A stretch of DNA of 64,000 nucleotides from a bacterium (GTDB lineage Bacteria; RBG-13-61-14; DATKZS01). The stretch's first letter is position 1. Each line of letters starts with the position of its first letter. Both the position numbers and the translations under genes were made by a program. The DNA lies in contig CAXXFL010000004.1 of assembly GCA_963674965.2 (NCBI GenBank), positions 352,001 to 416,000 of the forward strand, in the 5' to 3' direction. The notes below the pieces were generated by a model. The model searched no databases and was not told the origin of the DNA. It worked only from the letters and a program-made list of their open reading frames with translations. Below are positions 27,521-37,030 of this stretch, one piece after another.

Positions 27521-28114
27521 TCACTTCTTCCTGTTAGTAAATTTGGGATCATCTACATTTAATGAAGGTCCGGATATGCGATAATCATCCTGCAAATGAT
27601 AAATATCCCCCTTTTCATCAACCATCCAGATATCTAATCCACTATCCGCGTCTAAATTTGCCACCGCATATGCATTCCATTTGTCAACTTCCCTGACGCA
27701 TTTATAATAAGATGGTAAAGACTCCTTTAGATTCCATACGCTTGGCATTAAAGTATCATTGTAGAAAATTGTATATCTCCCTTTGTTTGTAATATACCCC
27801 ATGTCAGCAAAATTTACAGCGAAATATCCCTTTTCTTTTCTATAAATCAGTTGCTTAGAATGAACTGAACGCAATTCACGTTGCGCCTCAAGACCATTTC
27901 CTCGATAGTTGAAAGCCTTGTAATTATCAATGTTGAGTGCAAACAGAAAAGTTGCAAGAATTATTAATAGGTAGGATAGCGTCAATTGAAAAATTGTCAT
28001 GCTATACTTCCTGTTAATACTTTTTATCCATATCATCAAATCTTTCATGCCATACCTTTTACTTTCTAATGTTCTATTAACTCGGTTTATTAGGGATATG
28101 CCGGCTAATCCCAC
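27521..28114 (-). CDS. Type IV pilin-like protein in the immunity position (degenerate prepilin site)
   Basis: SMTIFQL plus TM, EAQREL..V...Q.IY, AYAVANLDAD..LDIWMVD align by eye with the pilin at 45113; alternative start at 28048. Confidence 0.6.
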   Translation of the reverse strand: MGLAGISLINRVNRTLESKRYGMKDLMIWIKSINRKYSMTIFQLTLSYLLIILATFLFALNIDNYKAFNYRGNGLEAQRELRSVHSKQLIYRKEKGYFAVNFADMGYITNKGRYTIFYNDTLMPSVWNLKESLPSYYKCVREVDKWNAYAVANLDADSGLDIWMVDEKGDIYHLQDDYRISGPSLNVDDPKFTNRKK

Positions 28115-29605
28115 GGCTTACCTGTTAGGAATAGAGGGCCGAGCTTCCACCATGGGTCAAGTGAAAAAGATGTTCCATCGTCAAAGTTAACGTATGTGCG
28201 ATCATGAGATCCACCTGAATAACCAGGCACTTGGTGTGCATTAATCGTGACGTCATCAGGGAAATATCCCCAATTATTCATGAAATCAGCAAGGTCCTGT
28301 GAGTACACACTGCACTGAAAATCATCATCGATCCCGCCATCACACTTGCCCCCAAAAGCGCAGTCAACGACCACAAAGTAATTTAAAGGCCCGCTGAACA
28401 CTAAGCCATTTAGAGCTTTTAGTGGTGGAGGCACATCTGATGTCAACATCGATCTAAAGAAGTTGTTTGCAGGACCCCACATCCAATAGCGTGGGCTAGT
28501 AATTGACCATATTTGCATTAAAGCAACGGATTCAGCAGCAACCCATACTTTATCCTTAGCAGCCCATGCTTTATCCTTCAAATTCATTAAATATTTAATA
28601 TCTCGCCATATATAATCATTCGGGTTAAACTGATATTCTCTTCTTCCTGTTGGGTCAATTAGATTGACTGGATTATTGTCAACATATTTGTATTTGTTAA
28701 CGTAGGTTCCAGGATCATTAACTTCTCCCCTCCACTTATCCTCCTGTACAAACCTCCGCTGCTCGGGGCTGTAGTAGCGGGAGCGGTAGAACATGAGGCC
28801 GGTTTCGTCGTCGTGCTCGCGGCCGGTGAAGCCGTAGCCGCCCAGGCCGATGGAGTTGGGATCGTAGGTGATGGTTTGGTCGCCGAAGGGGGAGTATTCG
28901 GAGCGCATGGTGAGGGAGCCGTTGGCTTCGAGTTCCGTGAGGGAACCGAGCCCGTCGGTCAGGGGGAAGGCCGACCCGCCGGAGCCGACGTCCTGGAGCA
29001 CGTCATCTATCCCCGGCCCGTGCACGTAGCGGCCTACCACCGTCGCCCCGTCGAACGACTGCACGATATCCTCGCCGTCGTAAAAATAAATCTCCTCGTC
29101 CGTCCCCAAGTCCTTCAGCACCCGCCGCCCCAAAGCGTCGTAGACATACTCCGCCACCGTGGTCGCGCCTTCCTTGACCTCCACCAGCATATCGTCGGCG
29201 TCATAATAATAATCCCACGCCTCCACCGTCGTGGTCCCGTTAATCACGTCCCGGGAGGACATGGCGCCCGCGTCGTTATAATCGTACCGCACCACGTAAT
29301 CCGCCGCCTCCGACGTGTCCCCGTCAGCGTCCATGTCGTACCAGATCGCCTCCAAGCGGTTCATGCCGTAACCGTCGTAAAAGTATGTCTCCTTCTCCAG
29401 GTCGAAGCCACCGTCAACCTCGGTCACGGACAGAATATTCCCCAGGGTATCATACTCGTACTCCAGCGTCGAGCCGTCCCAAGTCCCCGCCCTCGACAGC
29501 CGATAAAACGAATCGTACTCGTACTCGACCCGCACCGACGAACCGCTCAAGGTCCGCACCTGCGCGGTTCGCTGCCCCTTGGCGTTGGCGCCCGAGTCGT
29601 ATTCG
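28105..29605 (-). pseudogene. Orphan Rhs core fragment with a CT carrying a C..H..DPW (transglutaminase/papain-like) pattern
   Basis: Core near-identical to the other copies; ends NNPVNLIDPTG; homology stops at 29605; the ORF-track extension to 29778 is repeat-derived. Confidence 0.85.
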
Positions 29606-29607
29606 GA

Positions 29608-29789
29608 AGATATGGGGACATCCATACTTAATTCGCTGTTTGGCAAATTATCTCCTCCGAGTGCCCGGGATAATATTTCGTTTCCCGCTTGTATTAAGCT
29701 ATTCAAAAACCGGCCTCTATAACTATCATTGTCGATATTGACGTGATATACCGGAAACGTCCAATAATTTAGTATCATATCCCCAGATC
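29608..29789. repeat. ~180 bp element with TGGGGACA-family terminal IRs (copy C, different interior)
   Basis: agatatggggacatccatacttaatt ... aatttagtatcatatccccagatc. Confidence 0.7.
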
Positions 29790-29946
29790 CCGCGCTATCT
29801 TAATATCTCTGAACTATAAGGGACCCATTTAGCTATAGAGGCGGCTATGTGTAACCTGTTTGAGAATCGCTCCGGGAGTAGCTGTCCCTGGCGGGAAGCC
29901 CGAGGTTTTTAGAAAAACCGTATGATGCGTCCGCCGTACGGCGGCT

Positions 29947-32769
29947 TCAGGTCAGGCCCAGCTCGCGGAACCTGGCGACGTAAAGGGCGCCCACCTTGGC
30001 GGGGTCGTACTTCTCCCTGATGAAGCGGGCGGCTTCGCGGCCGATCTTTCTTCCCCTGGCGGGGTCATCGAGAAGGAGCCTCATTTGCGCGGCCGCCTCC
30101 TCCACGTCGGGCTCGGCCCAGTACTTGCCGTTCCAGCGGGGGTAGGATCCACGCTCGATTGGGACCAGCTTATAACCCACGGGCAGGGAATTTTCCGGCA
30201 GGGTGAAGTCGAGGTTGCCCGAGTAGCCGGTGGCGATGACCGGCTTGCCCAGGTACATGGCCTCGGCCAGTCCGCGGCCGAACCCCTCGGCGCGGTGCAG
30301 GGAAACGTAGCAGTCGCACGAGTCGATAAGCGAGATCACGCGGTCCCTGTCCAGGCTGCCGGTTATCATTTTAATTCTGGGGTCTCGCCTGGCCGCCTCC
30401 CGCGCCTTCATGTAGGCCAGGGCCTGGTGGGAGGCGTTGACGCTCTTTATAACAAGGCCGACCTTTTCATCACCCGAGGGAAAGGCGGTCCTGAACGCCT
30501 CGATAACGGCCAGGGGATTTTTTCGGTCCAGGAAGGAACTCGAGTCGAAATGGAAATGAAAGAGGTAGTCCTCCTCGGGCAGAGCGAACTCATCCCGGCC
30601 GTAAACGGCCGACCTTTCGATCACGACCGCCGCGGGAGCGGTGACGACCGGCTTGTTCACCTTTTTAGCGATGGCTTCTCTTACGAAGTCCGATCCCACC
30701 CATATCTCGTCGAACAGGTCGGCCATGGGCGCGAACTCGTCGGGGAAATCCTCCAGCTCCCAGAACCAGTAGCCGATATTGTACCTGCCGGCGAAGGCGG
30801 AAAGGCCCAGAGTGCGCAGGGCGTGGAAGGCCTGGTCCGCGTTGACGTGGACCAGGTTGATCCGGTAGGGATTGTCCCGCTCGACCCGGTCCGCGAGGAT
30901 CGGCTCCGCGTGGCGCGAGCGTCCGTCCTCGAAGGGGTCGAGGGCCGCCGCGGGAACGCCCGCCGCGTCCAGGCCCTTGATAACCATGCGCAGGTTCTCG
31001 CCCAGCCCCTGCCGGCTGAGAACGTAGCCGATGGCGTTCACGCCATAGGGACGGGTGAAAATCCTTCGAGCCGCGGCCGGAGGATCGACGCTTTCCTCCG
31101 AGCGTTCATCGATAATGCTCTCGCCGGGTCCCTGCCCGCCAAGAAGCAATAATTTCTTGAGGCCTATCCAGGTCTCCCGCGCCTTGGGCTCGAGACCGGG
31201 CCACCTCGAGGCTATCGCCTCCCGCGCCCAGGGCCGGGCGCCGTCGAGAAAAAGATAAAGCTTGTTTTTTAAACGGGAGGCCAGTCCCCGCCCATAAACC
31301 GTTCCCACCCCCGCCCGCCTTTGCAGGGCGTGCTCGATGCCGTAATCGTCCACGCCCTGGACCAGGAACCAGTCGATGAATTCGGACCGTCCCTCCTGGT
31401 CCACGACGCTGAACCTCTCCGACAGCGTGTAGTCCGAGTTCCAGAGCATGTGCATGATCCGGGAAAGGGGATGTTCCTGGCCCAGATACTCCCGGGCCGG
31501 CTCGGTGAGAAAGTCGGCCAGGGCCATGGCTTCCGCGTCCAGGCCCTCCGATACTGCCCGCTTCTCCAGGAGGACGTGGGACGAGGAGTATTTCTCGAGT
31601 ATGGCGTGTTCCACAAGTCCCGTCGAGTCGAACCACTCGGAAAACTTTTTTGCGGCCTTCGGGCTTCGGAAAGTAAACTCCCGCATCAGGTCCTCGCGCT
31701 CCCGCCAAATCTTGTACATCAGTCTCGAGATCGGCGCCTTGGGATTTCGTGGAAGTCCCGGCTGGGGCGCGTTGCAAATGGGCCCGCCCCCGGCGAAGGG
31801 GTCCAGCCCGAGGGCCGACCCGTCCTCGATCATTTCGCGGTAAATCCTTCTGGCCTGGGGAAGTATCTTTTCGCCGTCGTCGTAATAATCGAACTTATAG
31901 GGAAGGTCCCTGGTCTCTTCCCAGCCGTTCTGGCTCGCGAGGCGGGAGTATTCCTCGATCAGCTTTTTCACCTCCGGCAAGTCATCTCTTTCAAACCTGG
32001 TCTGGTGTTTGGACAAACAGTTCTCGTCGCCGATCACGAGGCCGCTGAAATGAAAGAAGGCCAGGGGCCTTCCATTGGCCATCCATGTCCCGTCCTTGTT
32101 TTGTATCTCGCGGTGGGCAAGGTTCCAATAGGCGGCGTTATAGCCCGGGTCGCGCAGGATACAAACGTCTTCCAGGAAGGCGGGCAAAAGGTCGCACCAT
32201 TTCTGGTCCGTGAACAGTCCGTACCAGGGGTCGTTGAAGCACTGAGTCTCGAGCCTTTGGGCCCACCACCTTAAGAAGTCGTCCGTTTCCTCGCCCCGGG
32301 CCAGGGCCAGGAACCCGAGGTTGTATACGCCCATGCGCAGGAAAGTGAAGTCGTCCGGATACTTCCCGTCCTGAAGGGGGCGGGTAACGTGCGGGGTGAC
32401 GACCGCTTGTTTGCCGTCGGCCAGTTCCTTCTCGACCTTTTCCATGGGGGCGGTGACCAGTATGTCCGGGTCAAGGTATATAACGGCGTCCGCTCCCGAC
32501 TCCTTGAGCACGCGGAGAAAGGAGAAGGGCTTAAGGGCGGTGCAAAACTCGGTCACGTCGTACAGGAAGCTCATGCGCCGGAAGTCGGGAAGGTCGGCCT
32601 CTCCCATCTCGATGAGGTTGACGTCTTCCAGGTCCAGCGCGGCCGGGAGCTCGTGGGGCGCGATGAAATAGTACTCGTAATCGGGATGATGGCGCGCGGC
32701 GGAGCAGAGCATGGTCTTGGCCAGGGACAAATAATTGGGGGCCGCTATGGTGAACAGGGCTATCTTCAT
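29947..32769 (-). CDS. Multidomain glycosyltransferase (N-terminal GT-A-like plus C-terminal GT4/GT-B)
   Basis: EFCTALKP, YLDPD, DQKWCD, GYNAAYWN, FFHFSG; C-terminal RKNP.AVI.AF, SLHRAEGFG..LAEAM..GKPVIAT.YSG. Confidence 0.88.
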   Translation of the reverse strand: MKIALFTIAAPNYLSLAKTMLCSAARHHPDYEYYFIAPHELPAALDLEDVNLIEMGEADLPDFRRMSFLYDVTEFCTALKPFSFLRVLKESGADAVIYLDPDILVTAPMEKVEKELADGKQAVVTPHVTRPLQDGKYPDDFTFLRMGVYNLGFLALARGEETDDFLRWWAQRLETQCFNDPWYGLFTDQKWCDLLPAFLEDVCILRDPGYNAAYWNLAHREIQNKDGTWMANGRPLAFFHFSGLVIGDENCLSKHQTRFERDDLPEVKKLIEEYSRLASQNGWEETRDLPYKFDYYDDGEKILPQARRIYREMIEDGSALGLDPFAGGGPICNAPQPGLPRNPKAPISRLMYKIWREREDLMREFTFRSPKAAKKFSEWFDSTGLVEHAILEKYSSSHVLLEKRAVSEGLDAEAMALADFLTEPAREYLGQEHPLSRIMHMLWNSDYTLSERFSVVDQEGRSEFIDWFLVQGVDDYGIEHALQRRAGVGTVYGRGLASRLKNKLYLFLDGARPWAREAIASRWPGLEPKARETWIGLKKLLLLGGQGPGESIIDERSEESVDPPAAARRIFTRPYGVNAIGYVLSRQGLGENLRMVIKGLDAAGVPAAALDPFEDGRSRHAEPILADRVERDNPYRINLVHVNADQAFHALRTLGLSAFAGRYNIGYWFWELEDFPDEFAPMADLFDEIWVGSDFVREAIAKKVNKPVVTAPAAVVIERSAVYGRDEFALPEEDYLFHFHFDSSSFLDRKNPLAVIEAFRTAFPSGDEKVGLVIKSVNASHQALAYMKAREAARRDPRIKMITGSLDRDRVISLIDSCDCYVSLHRAEGFGRGLAEAMYLGKPVIATGYSGNLDFTLPENSLPVGYKLVPIERGSYPRWNGKYWAEPDVEEAAAQMRLLLDDPARGRKIGREAARFIREKYDPAKVGALYVARFRELGLT

Positions 32770-32849
32770 GAAGACTCCAGGGCGAAAGAGCGCCTTCGTA
32801 GCCGGAGGGCAAAGCTCCGGGCGAAGGGCTTTTCATTCCTCGGGAAAAT

Positions 32850-33209
32850 TCAGGCGTTGAAATTAACCTGGTTTATCACCTCGCGCTTCATGATGGCGCC
32901 GGTGATCTCTTTTCGCTCGGCCTCGTCGGTAACGGGCGTGACGACGCTGATGGGCAATCCATCCGTGCTCTTTCTCGACTTGTACTCGACGAGGTATCCG
33001 GGCACGAGGGCGTAGGCGCATCCGCCGAAGCCGCAGCAGGTCGCGTCAAAGGACCCGGCGCCGACGAGATAGAGGACCTCGCGTCCACCCACTTCGAGTC
33101 GCTCCTCCTTGGTGAGGACGTATCTTCCGCCAATGGAGGCTATCTCCTCCCCCAGCGGGTCGTGGATGAATTCCTTGGCCGCCATTTCCGATTTGCTTGG
33201 TGCGTCCAT
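32850..33209 (-). CDS. Conserved hypothetical protein with CCGxGGC motif
   Basis: Clean ORF with GGAAG upstream; DATCCGFGGC..ALVPG. Confidence 0.65.
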   Translation of the reverse strand: MDAPSKSEMAAKEFIHDPLGEEIASIGGRYVLTKEERLEVGGREVLYLVGAGSFDATCCGFGGCAYALVPGYLVEYKSRKSTDGLPISVVTPVTDEAERKEITGAIMKREVINQVNFNA

Positions 33210-33323
33210 TTCATCTTCCTTCCGGAAAGTATTGCTTGAGGTCCGATTATAGGACGGCGGGAGGGATAATGGAAAGCGCCCCGGCCACTCGCTGGTCGAG
33301 CTTTGCCGGGGCGCCTTTTTCCG

Positions 33324-34793
33324 TTACTTGTTGGGGATCAGCTTTTCGGGCGACAGGGACATGTTCTTGGCGGTTTTTCCACCGATGGAAATGACGATGG
33401 GCGCGTCCTTGATATCGAGGAAGTCCTTGAGCATCTGCTTGTCGTATCCGTCCTGTTTGTAGAAGTTGGGCGGGAAGTACCACTCGATCTGGAAGTCGTA
33501 CTTTCCGGGCTTGACTGAGGTCACCTCGATGTTGGTCCTGGCGTAACCGATGCTTCCGGGCACGTCCTCAGGCTCGAGTTTCTGCTCGAGGTCGTCGATG
33601 TAGGTCAGCTTGTTCACCGACTGTTCCATGAGGGCCTTCTCGATTTTGACCCTGAAGATGAGGCTGCCCTGGGGACCGGTCACCAGGTACCAGGGGACCC
33701 AGTCTTCGGGGATGGCCTTTTCCTTGTCCGTCATCTTGCCGTCGATGGTCACTCCGTCCATACAATTGGGACTGTAAAAGCGCATGCCTATGCCCTTCTC
33801 GTTGAAGTCGTAGCCGAACTCGATCCCCGCCCGGGTGATGATGGCGTCGGGGTTGATGGGGATGTTGAGCTGCATGGGGGACACGATGACCCGGTCGTAG
33901 GTGAACACGTCCGAATAGATGCGGGACGACTCGATGTCCAGCGGCAGCTTGACCGTCAGCCACTGGCGGCCGTAGCCCCTGACTTTCCCGTGTCTGAGGC
34001 TGTCGATGCCGCCGATCATGCTGTACTCGGTCTTATCCACCCTGATCTTGCCGAAGAAGAGCTCCATGTAGGCCCGCATCTTCTGGCAGTCCAGTATGTC
34101 CTCGCCGCTTCCTCCCGCGTCCTTGGGCACGATGAAGCTTTTGTTGATGGCGGTCTTGTAGTACTTGTCGCCGAAGCGGTTGACCAGGCCCTCGATGCGG
34201 TAGCTTTTTCCGCTCACGATAAAGGGCAGCTCGGGGCTTTTCCATGGGTCCCAGTGCTCGAGGACCACCGTGTCGATATCCAGCTCCGGCGGAGCGGCGC
34301 CCTCGAATAAAATGAGATAGCAATAGGACAAGCCACCGGTGATCGGGTCCTTGAGCTCGATCTCGAGGCCCTCGGGGGCCGGCCATCCTTCCTTGGCCAT
34401 CCTGTCGCCCGTGTCTCCCAGCCTGAAGATGAGGTAGTCCTGGGGATCGAGCTTGTTGTTGTGCTTGTCGGCGTTGGCCTTCTCCCCCAGGTCCATGATG
34501 AAGGTCCCGTCCGGAAGGCGCTCGTCGAACTGGTAGACGATCTGCTCCATTTTGCCGTTCTTGCAGGCGAAGAGCCTGAGGGAGGCGAAATCCTTGCCCA
34601 GCATGGACTCGAGCATATCGCCGGGGACCTGGATGGGGTCGTGCTCCCGGGGCATGGTGGCGGCCGTAATGGCGGGGGTTGAGCCGGCGTTTTGCGCGCC
34701 TTCCGATTCCTTGTCCTGGGCCATCATGGCGCCCGCGGCCAAAAGCGCCAGCGCCAGGGCCGGCGCCAGGACCGATTTAATCGTGGTCTTCAT
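33324..34793 (-). CDS. Secreted hypothetical protein
   Basis: GAGG RBS, Sec signal peptide, GC3-biased codons; no family recognised. Confidence 0.75.
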   Translation of the reverse strand: MKTTIKSVLAPALALALLAAGAMMAQDKESEGAQNAGSTPAITAATMPREHDPIQVPGDMLESMLGKDFASLRLFACKNGKMEQIVYQFDERLPDGTFIMDLGEKANADKHNNKLDPQDYLIFRLGDTGDRMAKEGWPAPEGLEIELKDPITGGLSYCYLILFEGAAPPELDIDTVVLEHWDPWKSPELPFIVSGKSYRIEGLVNRFGDKYYKTAINKSFIVPKDAGGSGEDILDCQKMRAYMELFFGKIRVDKTEYSMIGGIDSLRHGKVRGYGRQWLTVKLPLDIESSRIYSDVFTYDRVIVSPMQLNIPINPDAIITRAGIEFGYDFNEKGIGMRFYSPNCMDGVTIDGKMTDKEKAIPEDWVPWYLVTGPQGSLIFRVKIEKALMEQSVNKLTYIDDLEQKLEPEDVPGSIGYARTNIEVTSVKPGKYDFQIEWYFPPNFYKQDGYDKQMLKDFLDIKDAPIVISIGGKTAKNMSLSPEKLIPNK

Positions 34794-35035
34794 TTTTTCA
34801 CCTCGTTTGGCGGTTATTCAGGCCTCCAACCTCGATGGCCTCGCGGTATAGTCACTTCAAATAACAAATGTTATAATGTCGAGACAATATATAACATCTC
34901 GAAAGATATGACAAGTAAAAAATGAAATGTCAAACTTACAAAAAAAAATTGATTCGGCTTTGGCCCTCTGATAAATTGATGCACGGAAAAGGCAGGCGGA
35001 CGGCCAAACCTGGAATCGAAAAAAGGAGATTACCC

Positions 35036-36118
35036 ATGGACGGATACGACGACCTCATGGCCCTGCTGGATAAATACCCCACCGGGGCCCCGCCAACCGA
35101 GCACCTGAGACAAATCCTCCAGATCATTCTCACCGAGGAGGAGGCCGCCCTCGCCGCCAGGCTGGCGCCCCATCCCCTTCGCGAGACCTTGAACCGCTTG
35201 TGCGACAGGATCGGCATGCCGCCGGAAAAGGTCGGGCCCCTTTGCGAGAGCATGGCCGACAAGGGCGTGGTCTACGCCGAGAAAAAGGACGGCGAGACCA
35301 GGTACGCCGTCCTGCCCCTGGCGCCGGGCATATTCGAGCTTCAGTTCATGAAGGGAGAATACGATATCAAGTCCAAGAAACTGGCCCAGCTTTTCCACGA
35401 CTATTATTACGAGGGCTGGGGCGCCGAGAGCTTCGCCATCGGCGAGCCCTTCGCCCGGGTGATAACGGTCGAGAAGGAAATCCCCGCCTCCCAGGAGGTC
35501 CAGCCCTACGACAAGGTGAAAGAGCTGATCCTTAACCACAAGCACAAGGCCCTTACCACCTGCTTTTGCCGGCACGAGCACGAGCTTATAGGCAAGGGCT
35601 GCGGCCGGCCCAAGGACGTGTGCATGGTGGTGGGACCATTCGTGGATTACGCGGTCGAGCGCGGCTTTGCCCGCCGTGCCTCGGACGAGGAGATGCTCAT
35701 GGCCCTCGAGCGGGCGGAGGAGGCGGGCCTTGTCCACTTGTCGGACAACATCCAGGAGAAGGTCAACTTTATCTGCAACTGCTGCGGCTGCTGCTGCGGG
35801 ATTCTCGGGACCATCACCCGGCTGAACGTTCCCACGGCGGTGGCTCACTCGAGTTATATCGTGGCCTGGGATGAGGACGCCTGCGTGGATTGCGGGGCCT
35901 GCGTCGACCGCTGCGAGGTGGGCGCCCTCAAGATGGATGGCGGGGGCAAGCTTGAGGTCGACTTCGGAAGGTGCATCGGCTGCGGCCTGTGTATAAGGGT
36001 CTGCGACGAGAAGGCCCTTTCCCTCGAGCGCCGGCCGGAGGACGACGTGAACGTGCCCTACGACAGCTTCTTCAAAATGGGCATGGCCATCTCCAGGTCG
36101 GTCAAGCGCAAAAGGTGA
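35036..36118 (+). CDS. 4Fe-4S dicluster-containing protein
   Basis: CFCR, ICNCCGCCC, CVDCGACVDRC and CIGCGLCIRVC; AGGAG RBS. Confidence 0.88.
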   Translation: MDGYDDLMALLDKYPTGAPPTEHLRQILQIILTEEEAALAARLAPHPLRETLNRLCDRIGMPPEKVGPLCESMADKGVVYAEKKDGETRYAVLPLAPGIFELQFMKGEYDIKSKKLAQLFHDYYYEGWGAESFAIGEPFARVITVEKEIPASQEVQPYDKVKELILNHKHKALTTCFCRHEHELIGKGCGRPKDVCMVVGPFVDYAVERGFARRASDEEMLMALERAEEAGLVHLSDNIQEKVNFICNCCGCCCGILGTITRLNVPTAVAHSSYIVAWDEDACVDCGACVDRCEVGALKMDGGGKLEVDFGRCIGCGLCIRVCDEKALSLERRPEDDVNVPYDSFFKMGMAISRSVKRKR

Positions 36119-36133
36119 TCGGGCGGGGGAGGA

Positions 36134-36994
36134 ATGGACTTGAACAAGCCTCGCATGAAAAAAGTCAAGGGCGCTGGCGCCACGCTCCAGGCCCGCGTCT
36201 GGGAGGGAAAAGGCGAGCCGGTCATATTGATCCACGGGCTTACGGCCAACCTTATGTGCTGGGACGCGATGGCCGGGTCCCTTTCGCCCGCCCATAAGGT
36301 CGTTGCCTACGACCTCCGGGGCAGGGGACTATCTGAGGACCCGGGCGCGGGATACGATATCCAGGCCCACGTGGACGACCTTGCCGCCCTGATGGACCGC
36401 CTCAAGATCGGGAAAGCGAACATAGTCGGGCACTCATTGGGCGCGTCCATTGCCCTGGCCTTCGCGGCCGCTTTTCCCGAGAGGTCGTCGCGCCTGGTGT
36501 TGTTGGACGGCGCGGGCAAGCTGACGGAGGCCCAGGTGAAAAGGGTCTTCCAGGGCATCAAGCCCAGCCTCGAAAGGCTGGACAGGGTCTTTCCCAGCGA
36601 ATCCGAGTTTATAAAACTCATGAAGGCGGCCCCCTTTTTCAAGACCTGGACCCGGGCCCACCACGAGTATTTCAGGTACGACCTGGAAAAGGTGGAGGGG
36701 GGAGTGAGGTCTCGAGTCCGTCGGGACAGGATCATGCGCGAGAGCGTGAACCTGGTCGCCTTCAAGCCGGCGGACCTTTATAAAAAGGTCTCGTGTCCCA
36801 CCCTCATCCTCCGCGCGCCCGAGGGCATGATGGGAGGACGCGACGCGCTTCTGCCCAGGAACGCGCTTAAAAGGATGGTCGGTTCCATCAAGCGGACGTG
36901 GCTGGTCGAGATCGAGGGGGCGAACCATTACTCGATCATAATAAACCCCAGCAAGACCAGGGACAGGGCGCTGGCGGCGTTTTTAAGCTCGTGA
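36134..36994 (+). CDS. Alpha/beta hydrolase
   Basis: LIHGL, YDLRGRGLS, GHSLG nucleophile, ANH. Confidence 0.9.
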   Translation: MDLNKPRMKKVKGAGATLQARVWEGKGEPVILIHGLTANLMCWDAMAGSLSPAHKVVAYDLRGRGLSEDPGAGYDIQAHVDDLAALMDRLKIGKANIVGHSLGASIALAFAAAFPERSSRLVLLDGAGKLTEAQVKRVFQGIKPSLERLDRVFPSESEFIKLMKAAPFFKTWTRAHHEYFRYDLEKVEGGVRSRVRRDRIMRESVNLVAFKPADLYKKVSCPTLILRAPEGMMGGRDALLPRNALKRMVGSIKRTWLVEIEGANHYSIIINPSKTRDRALAAFLSS

Positions 36995-37030
36995 GCGGGC
37001 GTGACAATTCAGGATTGGCAGGGAGACGAA

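Noticed and set aside
29606-29778. N-terminal extension of the 557 aa Rhs ORF (also the short starts at 22088 and 26548)
   Set aside because: These are open frames running through repeat or junction DNA; Rhs homology stops at 29605, 22062 and 26544. Some could still serve as fortuitous starts.
16140-29789. Classical integron or CALIN explanation for the cassette array
   Set aside because: No tyrosine integrase in the window, and I could not find paired RYYYAAC/GTTRRRY attC cores at the junctions; the cassettes also start with broken genes.
29877-29890. Extra arms of the GGGGACAG family (agtagctgtccct here; tgcctgttcccc near 16020)
   Set aside because: Too short and degenerate to separate from chance without a motif model.
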